NCBI GenBank assembly: GCA_049840735.1
Contig: JASGJN010000026.1
Coordinates: forward strand, 352,001-416,000
Direction: 5' to 3'
Source: Anaeromyxobacter sp.
GTDB lineage: Bacteria; Myxococcota; Myxococcia; Myxococcales; Anaeromyxobacteraceae
DNA: 64,000 nt
This document shows, piece after piece, positions 20,638 to 34,027 of the stretch (its first letter is position 1; each line of letters begins with the position of its first letter). The translations under genes were made by a program, and so were the position numbers. The notes beneath the pieces were generated by a model. The model was given only the letters and a program-made list of their open reading frames with translations, did not search any database and had not been told where the DNA came from.

Positions 20638-22294
20638 CTACTCCTGCGCCAGCCGCCACACGCCGGTGGAGGTGGCCGGCAGCGACACGCTCCAGGCCTC
20701 GGCGCCGGGCGTCACCGTCGCGCCGTCGTCCACCAGCAGCGGCTCGGGGGCGCCGGTCAGGGTCGGGAGCGCCGCGGTGGCGGCGGTGGCGCCCAGGTTG
20801 TGGACCACCAGCACCGCCTCGCCGTCGAGCGTGCGGAGCAGCGCCAGCACCGGGCCGCCGCCGGACTCCAGCACGGTGGTGGTCCCGCGCTGCAGCGCCG
20901 GCGAGCCGGCGCGCAGCCGGATCAGCTGGCGGCTGCGGGAGAGGAGCGAGGTCGGGTCGGCGCTCTCGGTGGCCACGTTGATGGTGGCGAGGCCGGGCGC
21001 GAGCGGCACCCAGGGCGTGCCGGTGGTGAAGCCGCCCCGCGGCGCCGTGCCGTTCCAGTGCATGGGCGTGCGGTAGCAGAGGTCGCCGCTGCAGCTGCTG
21101 GTGCCGTTGGGGAGGCCCAGCTCGTCGCCGTAGTAGAGCGTGGGCGTGCCCTGGCTGGTGAGCAGGATGCCCAGCGCCACCCGCTTCTGCGCGGTGGAGA
21201 GGCCGGTGGAGGCGCGGCCGACGTCGTGGTTGGAGAGGAAGGGGGCGTCGCCGGCGCCGGCCGGGTAGTGGCTCGCCACATCGTCCAGCACCCAGGCGAT
21301 CCCCTCGCCCGAGCCGCTGGCGACCCCGTTGCCGATGGCGCCCTGGAGCGGGAAGTCGAAGTTGAGCCCCAGCTCGTCGCCGCCCGGGAGCGCGACGGTG
21401 TCGCCGAAGTAGGCGGCGATGCGGTCGGTCTCGGTCCAGGCCTCGCCCACCAGCAGCGCGTCCGGCCGGACCGCGCGGACGCGGTCGGCGAAGCCCTTCA
21501 GCGCCGCGTGGGTCCCCGGCTGGTCGGCCTGCTGGCCGCCGCCGGTCTCCACCAGGTACCGGACCGCGTCGAGCCGGAACCCGTCCACGCCCCGCGCCAG
21601 CCAGCCCTCGGCCGCGTCGGCCAGGGCGTCGGCGACGGCCGGGTTGGTCCAGTCGAGATCGGGCATCTCGCTCCAGAAGACGCCGTAGTACCAGGCGCCG
21701 CCGCGCTGGTGCCAGGTCCGGGTGGAGCTCCACGGCTGCGTCCAGCCCGGGTCCGACTCGCGCCACAGGAACCAGTCGCGGTAGGGCGAGTCCACGCTCG
21801 AGACCGCGCTCTGGAACCAGGGGTGCAGCGAGGAGACGTGGTTGGGCACGAAGTCGAGCACCACCTTGAGGCCGCGCGCGTGGGCGGCGGCCACCAGCTC
21901 GTCGAAGTCCTGCTCGGTGCCGTAGGCCGGGTTGACGCCGTCGTAGTCGGTGACGTCGTAGCCGTGGTTGCTGGGCGACGGGTGGATGGGCGAGAGCCAG
22001 ATGGCGTCCACGCCCAGGTCGCCGTCGGTGCCCGGGTCGCCGTCGTTCAGGTAGTCGAGCGAGGCGGTGATGCCGCGCAGGTCGCCGACGCCGTTGCCGT
22101 CGGAGTCGCGGAACGAGCGGACCCAGATTCTGGTAGACCACCGCGCCGTTCCACCACTCCGGCGACGCCGAGGCGGCGCGGGTGCCGTGATCGCGGGGCG
22201 GCGGCGGCGGCGGGACCGGGTCGGTGCCGTCGCTGCTGCCGCAGGCGCACAGCAGGGCGAGGCAGGCGAGGAGGAAGGGCGGGCGGAGGGACAT
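20638..22294 (-). CDS. Alpha-amylase family (GH13) lipoprotein (apparent frameshift near 22128)
   Basis: LLCAC lipobox, [58 protein letters not shown]. Confidence 0.9.
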
Positions 22295-22387
22295 GCGGGC
22301 AGGACGGCGGAGCCCGCGGTTTGTGACGGGTCACGGCGGCGACCACGCCGGCACAGGCCGCCCACGCGATCGGCTTCAGACCAGGCG

Positions 22388-23002
22388 CTAGCCGCGCCGC
22401 CGCCGCCGGCGCCAGGTCAGGTCCACCCGGATGCGCGTGTCCTGCGAGCCGTCCCACTGGACCTGCAGCCCCTCGGCGCGCAGCGCGGCGGCCACCTCGT
22501 GGCCCACGTCGAGGCAGGAGGACTGCCACTGCTCATCCGGCGACCCGGGCGGCAGCACCGCGCCGTAGGCCAGGAACAGGCCCTGCCCCTCGGCGGCGCT
22601 CTCGGTGTCCTGCTGGTGGAAGAAGGTGTAGCCGTGCACCGGCCCGGGCGCGGCCTCGATCTCCACCCCGATCTCGTGGTGGCCGCAGTTCTGGCAGCAG
22701 GCGAAGTCCTGCCGCGCCAGCACGCCCTTCTTCTCCAGCTTGTCGAAGGCGCGATCGAGCCGGTCGCAGTCGGTGGGGACCGGCCAGTCAAGCTCCTCCT
22801 GGCGGCGCTCGTCGAAGACCTGCTCGGCCAGCCCGCGCACCCGATCCTCGAGGCCGGGGAGGTCGCCGTGCAGGTCGGAGAAGACGTCCAGCGCCCAGCG
22901 GATGATCCCGTCGTCGGTGGAGTAGCCCTCCACCGCGCGCTTCCGCAGCTCGGTGCGGATCGCCTCGTCGGTCAGCGGCTCGACCTGCTCGACCCGGTCC
23001 AT
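22388..23002 (-). CDS. DUF6891-like protein
   Basis: DCDRLDRAF...ARQDFACCQNCG...GYTFFHQQD...LFLAYG...WDGS pattern; family assigned from memory. Confidence 0.7.
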   Translation of the reverse strand: MDRVEQVEPLTDEAIRTELRKRAVEGYSTDDGIIRWALDVFSDLHGDLPGLEDRVRGLAEQVFDERRQEELDWPVPTDCDRLDRAFDKLEKKGVLARQDFACCQNCGHHEIGVEIEAAPGPVHGYTFFHQQDTESAAEGQGLFLAYGAVLPPGSPDEQWQSSCLDVGHEVAAALRAEGLQVQWDGSQDTRIRVDLTWRRRRRRG

Positions 23003-23159
23003 GGCGGCTCCCTCGCCGCCTCGCAGTCTATCGGCTCGGGGTCAGGAGGGCGTGATGACCATCAGGCGCAAGCGGGGCCCGGGAAAAGCCCCGGCGCGCC
23101 CGGTCGGGCGGGTCACCTACGGGAACGCACCAGCTGCGCGCGGTGGTGAGCGCTAACAG

Positions 23160-24233
23160 TCACCACAGGCGCGGCCAGGGCGCGGCCCACACCGCCACGG
23201 CGGTGGCCAGCGCCAGCGCCAGCACCAGCCCCACGCGCCAGCCACGTCTGCGGACCGGGACCTGGAAGTCGGCGCCGACCGCCTGCAAGGTGTGCACGTC
23301 GGCCAGGCGCGTGGCCGCCAGCGTCTCGAAGTCCAGGCGGGAGAGGGCCAGCTCCTCGGTGGCGAAGCCGCGGTTGGCCAGGAGCGCCACCATGCGGCTG
23401 CGCGGGTGGATCCGGCGCAGGAGCCGCGAGGCGGCCGCGTCGAGGGCCCGCGCCAGCTCGCCGGCCGACTTCCAGCGCTTCTCCGGCCGCCGGGCCAGGC
23501 AGCGCTCCACGATCCGCGCCACGCGGCGCGGGCAGTCCGGCGCCAGGCTGCGGAGGCGCCGGTGGCGGCCGCGGCGGATGAGCGCGAACAGCTCGTCGGC
23601 GCTGCCGCCGCGGAACGGCTTCTCGCCGGTGAGCAGCTCGTAGAGGGTCACGCCCAGCGCCCAGATGTCCGCCGCCGGGCCGGCCTCCTCGCCGCCCAGC
23701 ACCTCCGGCGCCATGTACGAGGGGCTGCCGACCAGCATGCCCACCCGCGTGAGCGAGGGATCGTCCGTGCCCTTGGCGATCCCGAAGTCCATCAGCTTCA
23801 CCTCGCCGTCGCGCGAGAGCATCACGTTGGCGGGCTTCACGTCGCGGTGGAGCAGCGCGTTGAAGTGGACGTAGTCGAGCGCCCCGGCCACGCGGGCGCC
23901 GATCACGGCCGCGCACTCGGCCGGGATGGCGCCGCCCTGCTGCAGCAGCTTGGCGAGGTCCGTCCCGTCCACGAACTCGGTGACCAGGAAGACCTGCTCG
24001 TCCTTCTCCACCAGGTCGTAGACCGCCACGATGGCCTCGTGGCGCAGCCGCGCGTAGATGCTCCCCTCGCGGCGGAAGCGCTGCAGGACCTCCTTCGAGC
24101 GGACGAGCTTCTGGTCGAGCGCCTTCACGGCCACCGGGCGCTCCAGGCCTTCCTGGAACGCCTCGTAGACCACGCCCATGCCGCCGCGCCCGATCTCACG
24201 GACGATCCGGCTCGTACCGACCTTTCGGACCAT
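23160..24233 (-). CDS. Hanks-type Ser/Thr protein kinase with C-terminal membrane anchor
   Basis: IGRGGMGVVY, VAVK, HRDVKPAN, DFG, YMAPE, DIWALG; C-terminal hydrophobic helix. Confidence 0.93.
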   Translation of the reverse strand: MVRKVGTSRIVREIGRGGMGVVYEAFQEGLERPVAVKALDQKLVRSKEVLQRFRREGSIYARLRHEAIVAVYDLVEKDEQVFLVTEFVDGTDLAKLLQQGGAIPAECAAVIGARVAGALDYVHFNALLHRDVKPANVMLSRDGEVKLMDFGIAKGTDDPSLTRVGMLVGSPSYMAPEVLGGEEAGPAADIWALGVTLYELLTGEKPFRGGSADELFALIRRGRHRRLRSLAPDCPRRVARIVERCLARRPEKRWKSAGELARALDAAASRLLRRIHPRSRMVALLANRGFATEELALSRLDFETLAATRLADVHTLQAVGADFQVPVRRRGWRVGLVLALALATAVAVWAAPWPRLW

Positions 24234-24290
24234 GCGACTGCGCAGCTTCGCGCAGCGTGGAGGTCATACTCAAGGCGCGTCTGACCTCGA

Positions 24291-24306
24291 GGTGACGTCG
24301 ATCACG
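24291..24306. promoter_or_regulatory. Candidate CRP/FNR-family site between the divergent kinase and PFOR genes
   Basis: GTGA-CGTCGA-TCAC palindrome (GTGA-N6-TCAC). Confidence 0.35.
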
Positions 24307-24559
24307 TTTTTGCGGCCCTGACGCGCCCGGTCGGAGGGGTGCGCAGGGGGCTGCGGCGGAGCGTGCGTTGGCCGCCAGTGCGATCCTGCTAGACTGCGCC
24401 ACCCCCGGGACGGCTCAGGCGGCGATGTGGGTGGCGTGACGGCGGGGGCCCGAAGGTTGCACATCAGCGCTCGTCCACACTCGAGGACCGCAAGACTTGC
24501 GTCGCGTCCGGGCCTGATCCTGACGCGCCGCGCACCCGCTGCACGGAGGAGATACCGGC

Positions 24560-28150
<3,591 letters not shown>

Positions 28151-28244
28151 CCCTGGTCGGCTGAGCTGGTTCGCGCGGGCCCGGCCGATCGGCCGGGCCC
28201 GCTGTCGTCTGGGCGCGAGCGGCCCGGCTGCGGGGCCCCAGCCT

Positions 28245-28275
28245 CCGTTCGCCTGCGCCTGACGAAGGGCGAACG
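28245..28275 (+). repeat. Short degenerate REP-like element
   Basis: CCGTTCGCC-TGCGCCTGACGA-AGGGCGAACGG. Confidence 0.7.
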
Positions 28276-28340
28276 GGCTCGGCTGGTCGAGGCCCTCCCC
28301 CGGGGCTCGCCCGCCCGCCCGTCCCGCCGCAGCTTGGGAC

Positions 28341-29712
28341 GTGCGCGCGGCCGCAGATCTCGAGCGGGTCCCGGCCCTGGCCGGGCGGGTCCAGGCGACG
28401 GCCGTCGCCCTCGCCGGGCTGGCCTCGATCGGCGTCGGCTGCGGCGCCGCCTTCAACCTCCCCACCGTGCAGCTCTCGGCGCTGGGGGCGCTGGCGGCGC
28501 TGGTGCTGGCGCGGCTGGCGGGGGCGGCGGTGGCCCGGCCCACGCCGCTCGACGGCGCGCTGTGGCTCCTGGCGGGCTCCATGGCGGTGGCCGCCGCGGT
28601 GGCGGCGCTCACCGGGGTCGCGCCCGGCGACCTCGAGTCGGCCACCCGCTGGAAGCCGCTGGTGGCGCCGCTGGTGCTGGTGCCGGCGCTGGGGCTGGTG
28701 GAGCCCGGCCCGGACGCCCGGGCGCGGGCGTCGCGGCGCGCCGTGGCGGCGATGCTGGCCTGGTGCGTCGCGGCGGCGCTCACGTCGGTGATCGGCGCCG
28801 GCCAGGCGCTCCTGGACGTGGACCTGTGGGCACTGGCGGGCCAGCGCGCGCCGGTGCTGGCCCCGGTCTCCGCTCGCGCCGGGCGTGCCGGCCCCCGGCC
28901 TCCACGCCGCCACCGGCTTCGGCCGGTCCTACATCCAGCTGGCGCACCAGCTGGCCGCGCCCGCCTGGCTGGCGGCGGCGCTGGCCACCGCGCCGCTGGG
29001 GCGCCCGCGGCGGGCCGCGCTGGCGGCCGGCGCCGGGCTGGCCATGGCGGCCACCGCGCTCACCTCCTCGCGCGCCGCCTGGGCGGGGCTGGCGGTCGGG
29101 GCGGTGGTGCTGGCGGCGCTGCTGGGCGGCCGGTGGCTGCGCCGCGGCCTGCCGCTGGCCGCGGTGGCGGTGCTGGCCGCGGCGCTGGCCGCCCCCGGGC
29201 TGCGCGCGCGGCTGGGGAACGCCCTGTCACCTGGCGTGAACGACGACCGCGGCATGATCTGGGCCGTCTGCAAGGCCGCGTGGCGCGAGCACCCGCTGGG
29301 CGTCGGGCCGGCCAACGCGGCCCGCGAGGCCGACCGCTGGTTCGACGCGCTGGCCCCGCAGGCGGAGATCCGCACCGGCTGCCACAGCATGCCGCTGCAG
29401 CTCCTGCTGGAGGGCGGGCCGCTGCTGCTGGCCGCCTGGGCGGGCGCCGCGCTGTGGGTGGCGGCGGCGCTGCTGCGGGCGCGACGCGAGCGCGGGCGGG
29501 CCGGCGACACCCTGGGGCGGGCCGCGGCCGCGGGCGCGCTGGCCGGGCTGGCCGCCTGGGGGGTGAACGGGCTCGTGAACGACCTGCACCGCGAGAGCCG
29601 CGCCGGCTGGGGGCTGGCGCTGACGCTGGCGGTGGCGGCGGTGCTGGCCTGGCCGGAGCGGAGCGCGGCCCGGCGCCTCAGCGCCGGAAGATGGGGATCC
29701 CGAAGACCCTGA
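28341..29712 (+). CDS. O-antigen ligase-like membrane protein (apparent frameshift near 28870)
   Basis: Two consecutive hydrophobic frames; LTSSRAAW, RGMIW...HPLGVGP and CHSMPLQLLLEGG match the Wzy_C/WaaL pattern. Confidence 0.7.
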
Positions 29713-29905
29713 CCTGCCCGTCGTGCTGCGGCATCTCCTGGAGGAGCGCCAGCACGCGCGCTGCCTGCCCGGCCTCGATCAGCGCCTGCGGCGTGCCGCC
29801 CAGCCGCGGGCTGTGCAGCTTCAGCCAGCCCTCCACCGCCTGCGGCGTCCGGAACACCTTCAGCGCTGCCGCCTTGATCTGGTCGAGCTCGGGCTCCACG
29901 CCCAC
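29678..29905 (-). CDS. Small Xre/MbcA/ParS antitoxin-like protein (C-terminal domain only)
   Basis: VFRTPQAVEGWLKLHSPRLGGTPQALIEAGQAARVLALL matches the vFG....a..Wl..p...Lgg.P..ll..G....V...L pattern. Confidence 0.65.
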   Translation of the reverse strand: MGVEPELDQIKAAALKVFRTPQAVEGWLKLHSPRLGGTPQALIEAGQAARVLALLQEMPQHDGQVRVFGIPIFRR

Positions 29906-30040
29906 AGCCTACGAGAGTTCGTGGATCCGGAACAGCAGCCGTGGGAGGGGCAGGGCCGTGGCGGGGGCGCCCCGCCCAGGAGCGGCGCGAGGGGCGGCTG
30001 GTGGTCTACCCTCCGGGACCAACCCTCAGGAGGCGACCGC

Positions 30041-30439
30041 ATGGCTGGTTACGTGGATGGCTTCGTCCTGCCGCTCCCTCGCAAGTCCATCGAGGCCTAC
30101 CGCCGGCTGGCCGAGCTGGGGGCGAAGGTCTGGATGGAGCACGGCGCGCTCGAGTACCGCGAGTGCGTGGGGGAGGACCTGGCGGTGAAGTTCGGGCTCC
30201 CCTTCCCGCGCGGGCTGAAGGTCGGGCGCGGCGAGACGGTGGTCTTCGCCTGGATCATCTACCGGTCCCGCGCGCACCGGGACCGTGTGACCGCGAAGGT
30301 GATGAAGGACCCGCGCCTCGCCGGCACCGCGTCGCAGATGCCCTTCGACCCGGCCCGGATGCTCTGGGGCGGCTTCGAGGTGCTGGTGCAGGGGAAGCCG
30401 GCGAGGAAGCGGGCGCCCGGCCGCCGCCCGGCGCGCTGA
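30041..30439 (+). CDS. DUF1428 (YbaA-like) protein
   Basis: YVDGFVLP, WMEHGALEYRECVGED, VMKDPRL, MPFD..RM.WGGF; AGGAGG RBS. Confidence 0.9.
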   Translation: MAGYVDGFVLPLPRKSIEAYRRLAELGAKVWMEHGALEYRECVGEDLAVKFGLPFPRGLKVGRGETVVFAWIIYRSRAHRDRVTAKVMKDPRLAGTASQMPFDPARMLWGGFEVLVQGKPARKRAPGRRPAR

Positions 30440-30560
30440 GCCCGGGCCGGCCGTGACCGGCGCCATCACACGTGACCGGGCCGGCGACGCGCGGGCGCGC
30501 CGGCTCGCCCGCGCCGCCCGGAAGATCGGCGCTGGCGCGCCGCTTCACGCGCAGCGGAGG

Positions 30561-30577
30561 CTGGCACCGGGGTTGCT
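30561..30577 (+). promoter_or_regulatory. Sigma54 (-24/-12) promoter
   Basis: CTGGCACCGGGGTTGCT = TGGCAC-N5-TTGC(A/T) with exact GG-N10-GC spacing, 42 nt upstream of ATG 30620. Confidence 0.8.
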
Positions 30578-30619
30578 TTCTCGTGGGGTGAAGCCGAACC
30601 ACGAAAGGAAGCCACCCCC

Positions 30620-31144
30620 ATGCTCCGCAAGCTCGCCGTCCTCCTCGCCGCCGCCGCGCTCGCCCCCAGCGCCGCCCTGGCCCGCACCCTCCCCGATCCC
30701 GCCGCGCACTGCAGCCTGTGCCGCAGCGCCGTCCACGCCGGCGGCCCCGCCACGCCGGTGCGCTCGGCCTCCGCCTCCCGCGGCGCGCCGCTCGCGCTGG
30801 TGCTGACCGGCGGCCCGGCCACCGACGGCAAGCGCCCCGCCGTCGTCACGGTGAACGCCACCGGCCGCGCGGCGACGCACCCCGGCTGCACCCAGGGCTG
30901 CTGCAGCGCGCACCGCGCCGCCACCAGCACCGACGACGTCCGCGCCCGCGCCTCCTCGTCCGCCGCCGAGCGGCCCGCGCCCCGCGCCGCCACCTCCTCC
31001 GACGAGGCCCGCCGCGCCGCCCCGGCCGCCGCGGTGGCCTCCGGCCCCGCCGCCCCGGCCACCTCCAGCGACGCCGCGCGGGTGACCGCCGCCGCCGCTC
31101 CGCGGTCCGGCGCGATCGACGGCTGCCCCTGCCACACCGCCTGA
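30620..31144 (+). CDS. Secreted Cys/His-rich low-complexity protein
   Basis: Signal peptide (ALA-R), HCSLC, HPGCTQGCCSAH and terminal GCPCH; AAGGAAG RBS and sigma54 promoter. Confidence 0.65.
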   Translation: MLRKLAVLLAAAALAPSAALARTLPDPAAHCSLCRSAVHAGGPATPVRSASASRGAPLALVLTGGPATDGKRPAVVTVNATGRAATHPGCTQGCCSAHRAATSTDDVRARASSSAAERPAPRAATSSDEARRAAPAAAVASGPAAPATSSDAARVTAAAAPRSGAIDGCPCHTA

Positions 31145-31237
31145 CCGCGCTCACTCATCCGGGGTTCCTGGGCCCCGGGCGAGGCAGCGCCTCTCCTGAG
31201 GCCTGGAGCCCCATGGCGCCGAAAGCCGCTGCCGCCG

Positions 31238-32134
31238 TCAGGCCCAGGGCGCGGCCGCGGCGGCGGGCGCCCCCATCGCGTCGGCCAGCGCCGTCACCTG
31301 CCGCGCCGCCTCCGTCGCCGCGCCGGCCCTCCAAGGGCGCCCGTGGCCGGGCAGCACCCACTCGAACCGGAACGCGGCCAGCCGCGCCATGGAGCGCGCC
31401 TGCTCACCCCAGTCCCACCAGCAGACCGCGCGCGAGGCCTCGAGCCGCCCGGCCGCGTCCGCCCACAGGTGGTCGCCGGTGAACAGGTACCGCTCCCCGG
31501 CCAGCAGCGCGGCCGAGCCGGGCGTGTGACCGGGCACCGGGATCACCGTCAAATCGGACGCCAGCGCCACCGGCGCGGTGCCCTCGATCCGCCGCTCCAC
31601 CCCGCGCGTGCCCGAGGTCACGTCGCGCGCGTGGAGGATCCGCTCGCAACCCAGCGCCTCGCGCCAGCGCGCGTGCTCGGCCACGTCGTCGCGGTGGGTG
31701 AGGAACATCAGCCGCGCGCCGCCCAGCGCCTCGATCCGGCGCAGCAGCGGCCGGGCGAAGCGCGGCGAGTCCACCAGCACGTTCCCCTCCGGGCGCAGCA
31801 GCAGCCAGGCGGTGGCGCCGTAGGACGAGGCGTCGGCGTAGCCGCAGCGGAAGAGCCCCGGGGCGACCTCCACCGGCAGGGAGGCGACTGCCTCGGCCAC
31901 GCCCGCCTTCGAGCGCGAGGCGATGGCGGCCACCGGGCAGGAGACCAGCGCCTGCAGCGCGCGGAGCCGGTCCGCCGGCCCGCGCGGCTGCCGCGCCACG
32001 AAGGCCACCGCCTCCTCGGCGCCGCCGAACGTCTCCGGCGCCAGCTGGCGGCAGGTGTCGCAGGCGATGCAGCGGTCGTCGACCGAGAGGTCGCCGGGGG
32101 CGTTCAGCGGGTGCAGGCGGGCGGGGCGGGCCAC
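31238..32134 (-). CDS. MBL-fold metallohydrolase with N-terminal ferredoxin-like domain
   Basis: CIACDTC...SCPVAAI; FLTHRDDVAEH, PGHTPGS, FTGDH, LPGHG. Confidence 0.88.
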   Translation of the reverse strand: MARPARLHPLNAPGDLSVDDRCIACDTCRQLAPETFGGAEEAVAFVARQPRGPADRLRALQALVSCPVAAIASRSKAGVAEAVASLPVEVAPGLFRCGYADASSYGATAWLLLRPEGNVLVDSPRFARPLLRRIEALGGARLMFLTHRDDVAEHARWREALGCERILHARDVTSGTRGVERRIEGTAPVALASDLTVIPVPGHTPGSAALLAGERYLFTGDHLWADAAGRLEASRAVCWWDWGEQARSMARLAAFRFEWVLPGHGRPWRAGAATEAARQVTALADAMGAPAAAAAPWA

Positions 32135-32290
32135 GCGCCGGTCATAGCGGCGGGCGGCTTCCCGCGCCGCCCGCAACCTCCGCCCGCACCCACGGCCCGA
32201 GCCCCGGGCTCACCGGGGGTTCGGGCGCGCCTGAAGCGCCGCGCGCCCCGGGGGACCGGGGCGCGCGGGTGGGCAAGGGTGCGGCGCGGC

Positions 32291-32689
32291 TCAGTGCTTG
32301 CCGTGCCCGTTGCCGTGCCCGTGCCCGTGCCCGCCGCCGCCGTGGCCGCGCTTGTAGGCCTTCTTGGCCTGCCCGGGCGGCATCCAGTTGCGGTAGTGGC
32401 CCTCGGGGAGCTCGACCAGGCGGGCGGGCACCACGCGGCGCTCCACCACCACCCAGCCGTGCCGGTGATCCGGCGAGCGGTACCAGGCGTCCCCGCGGCG
32501 GCACCAGTAGTGGTTGTCGACGTAGAAGACCTCCTCCTGGACCTGCGGGACCACCTGGACGCCGGGCTGGATCACGACCAGCTGCGGCAGGACCGCCGGC
32601 AGGTTGATCTGGAACCCGGCGGAGATGGTGGCCTGGCCGAGGGCCAGGGTCGGGGACAGGACGGCGAGTGCGAGGAGGGTCTTGCGCAT
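32291..32689 (-). CDS. Small secreted protein with Gly/His-rich tail
   Basis: Signal peptide; aromatic-rich core (VFYVDNHYW...WY...W); PPGQAKK; GHGHGHGNGHGKH tail. Confidence 0.7.
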   Translation of the reverse strand: MRKTLLALAVLSPTLALGQATISAGFQINLPAVLPQLVVIQPGVQVVPQVQEEVFYVDNHYWCRRGDAWYRSPDHRHGWVVVERRVVPARLVELPEGHYRNWMPPGQAKKAYKRGHGGGGHGHGHGNGHGKH

Positions 32690-32878
32690 GGCGGCAGGAT
32701 GCGGGGCCGGGGTAGGGTAGGAGCAAGGAGCGGCCTGTCGGCCGCCGGCCCGCGCGCTACAAGATGACGGGCCTGGGCCGGAAAAGTTTCACCCCGAGCG
32801 TGGGTTTCCAGATCCGGGACGCCCCGCCGCAGGGGAAGGGGGCTCGCAACCCCGCGAAGATCCAAGCCCCGGGAATCC

Positions 32879-32908
32879 TTGACAGGCTGGCGCCCAGGAT
32901 CGTATATG
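32879..32908 (+). promoter_or_regulatory. Probable sigma70 promoter of rplU-rpmA-obgE
   Basis: Perfect TTGACA followed 17-18 nt later by (G)TATAT(G) in an otherwise GC-rich background. Confidence 0.6.
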
Positions 32909-32989
32909 ACCGCCCTTCCGGAGGCCCGGGCGTGGCGCCGTAGAACGCGCGCGACCGGACCCACCTCCCCAGATTTCGAGGAGAAGGCG

Positions 32990-33295
32990 ATGTACGCGGT
33001 GATTCGGACCGGCGGGAAGCAGTACCGCGTCGCCCAGGGCGATCGCGTGAAGATCGAGAAGCTGGCCGGCGATGTCGGCGGCAAGGTGAACTTCGACGTG
33101 CTGCTCGTCGGAGGCGAGGGCGAGGCCAGGATCGGCAAGCCCGTCGTCGACGGCGCGGCGGTCGAGGGCGAGATCGTCGCCCAGGGCAAGCACAAGAAGG
33201 TCATCAACTTCCGGAAGAAGAAGGAAGGCTGGACCAAGAAGCGCGGCCACCGGCAGCCGTACACCGAGGTCGTCATCACCACCGTCCGGGCGTAG
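32990..33295 (+). CDS. rplU: 50S ribosomal protein L21
   Basis: [14 protein letters not shown]...GHRQPYT. Confidence 0.98.
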   Translation: MYAVIRTGGKQYRVAQGDRVKIEKLAGDVGGKVNFDVLLVGGEGEARIGKPVVDGAAVEGEIVAQGKHKKVINFRKKKEGWTKKRGHRQPYTEVVITTVRA

Positions 33296-33370
33296 CGCGC
33301 CCTCCCTCCCCGCCCTGCGGGCGAGGGAAACACGGCCCAGCTCGGGACGAGCGGAAAGGCAGAACGCACC

Positions 33371-33625
33371 ATGGCTCACAAAAAGGGACAGGGCTCCTCG
33401 CGCAACGGGCGTGACTCCCCGGGGCAGCACCGCGGGGTCAAGATCTACGGCTCCGAGAAGGTCACGGCCGGCAACATCATCATGCGCCAGGTCGGCACCC
33501 TCATCCACCCCGGCCAGAACGTCGGGATGGGCAAGGACTTCACGCTGTTCGCCCTGGTGGACGGCACCGTGAAGTACAGCCGGACCCGCGGCGATCGCCG
33601 CGTCGTCTCGGTCATCGAGGGCTAG
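33371..33625 (+). CDS. rpmA: 50S ribosomal protein L27
   Basis: [16 protein letters not shown]...[12 protein letters not shown]. Confidence 0.98.
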   Translation: MAHKKGQGSSRNGRDSPGQHRGVKIYGSEKVTAGNIIMRQVGTLIHPGQNVGMGKDFTLFALVDGTVKYSRTRGDRRVVSVIEG

Positions 33626-33648
33626 GCTCCGCCCGGCGGAGCAGCAAC

Positions 33649-33690
33649 GCGGCGCCGCGGGCCCTGAGGGTCCGCGGCGTTGCGCGTTTG
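33649..33690 (+). terminator. Terminator-like hairpin after rpmA
   Basis: GCGGCGCCGCGGGCCC-TGA-GGGTCCGCGGCGTTGC (16-bp stem with G-U pairs) followed by GCGTTTG. Confidence 0.5.
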
Positions 33691-33722
33691 TGGGGCCGGA
33701 GCGCGCGGCCCCGGGATCAGGG

Positions 33723-34017
33723 CCGTTCGCCCTGCGTGCAGCGGAACGGAAGGGCGAGCCAGCCGTCAGGCCCGTTCGCCCTGCGTGCAGCGGAACGGAA
33801 GGGCGAGCCGGCCGTCAGGCCCGTTCGCCCTGCGTGCAGCGGAACGGAGGGGCGAGCCGGCCGTCAGGCCCGTTCGCCCTGCGTGCAGCGGAACGGAGGG
33901 GCGAGCCGGCCGTCAGGCCCGTTCGCCCTGCGTGCAGCGGAACGGAAGGGCGAGCCGGCCGTCAGGCCCGTTCGCCCTGAGCGTAGCGGCGCGCAGCGCC
34001 GCGGAGTCGAAGGGCGA
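33723..34017 (+). repeat. Tandem array of five 49-bp units followed by one full REP-like element
   Basis: Unit CCGTTCGCCCTGCGTGCAGCGGAACGGA(A/G)GGGCGAGCC(G/A)GCCGTCAGGC at 33723, 33772, 33821, 33870 and 33919; canonical element at 33968-34017. Confidence 0.95.
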
Positions 34018-34027
34018 GGTACCCAGG

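Noticed and set aside
31117..31144. c-type cytochrome call for the Cys-rich protein
   Set aside because: The motifs are CPCH and CSLCR, not CxxCH.
32760..32880. tRNA or riboswitch in the intergenic region upstream of rplU (also checked 4300-4500 and 6100-6260)
   Set aside because: No cloverleaf or recognisable riboswitch consensus by eye; a covariance-model search would be needed to exclude one fully.
33723..33967. CRISPR array
   Set aside because: The units are near-identical over the whole 49 bp with no unique spacers, and there are no cas genes in the window.
33680..34027. Repetitive N-terminal extension of ObgE
   Set aside because: It is only a translation of the 49-bp array; the canonical MKFVDE start is at 34028.
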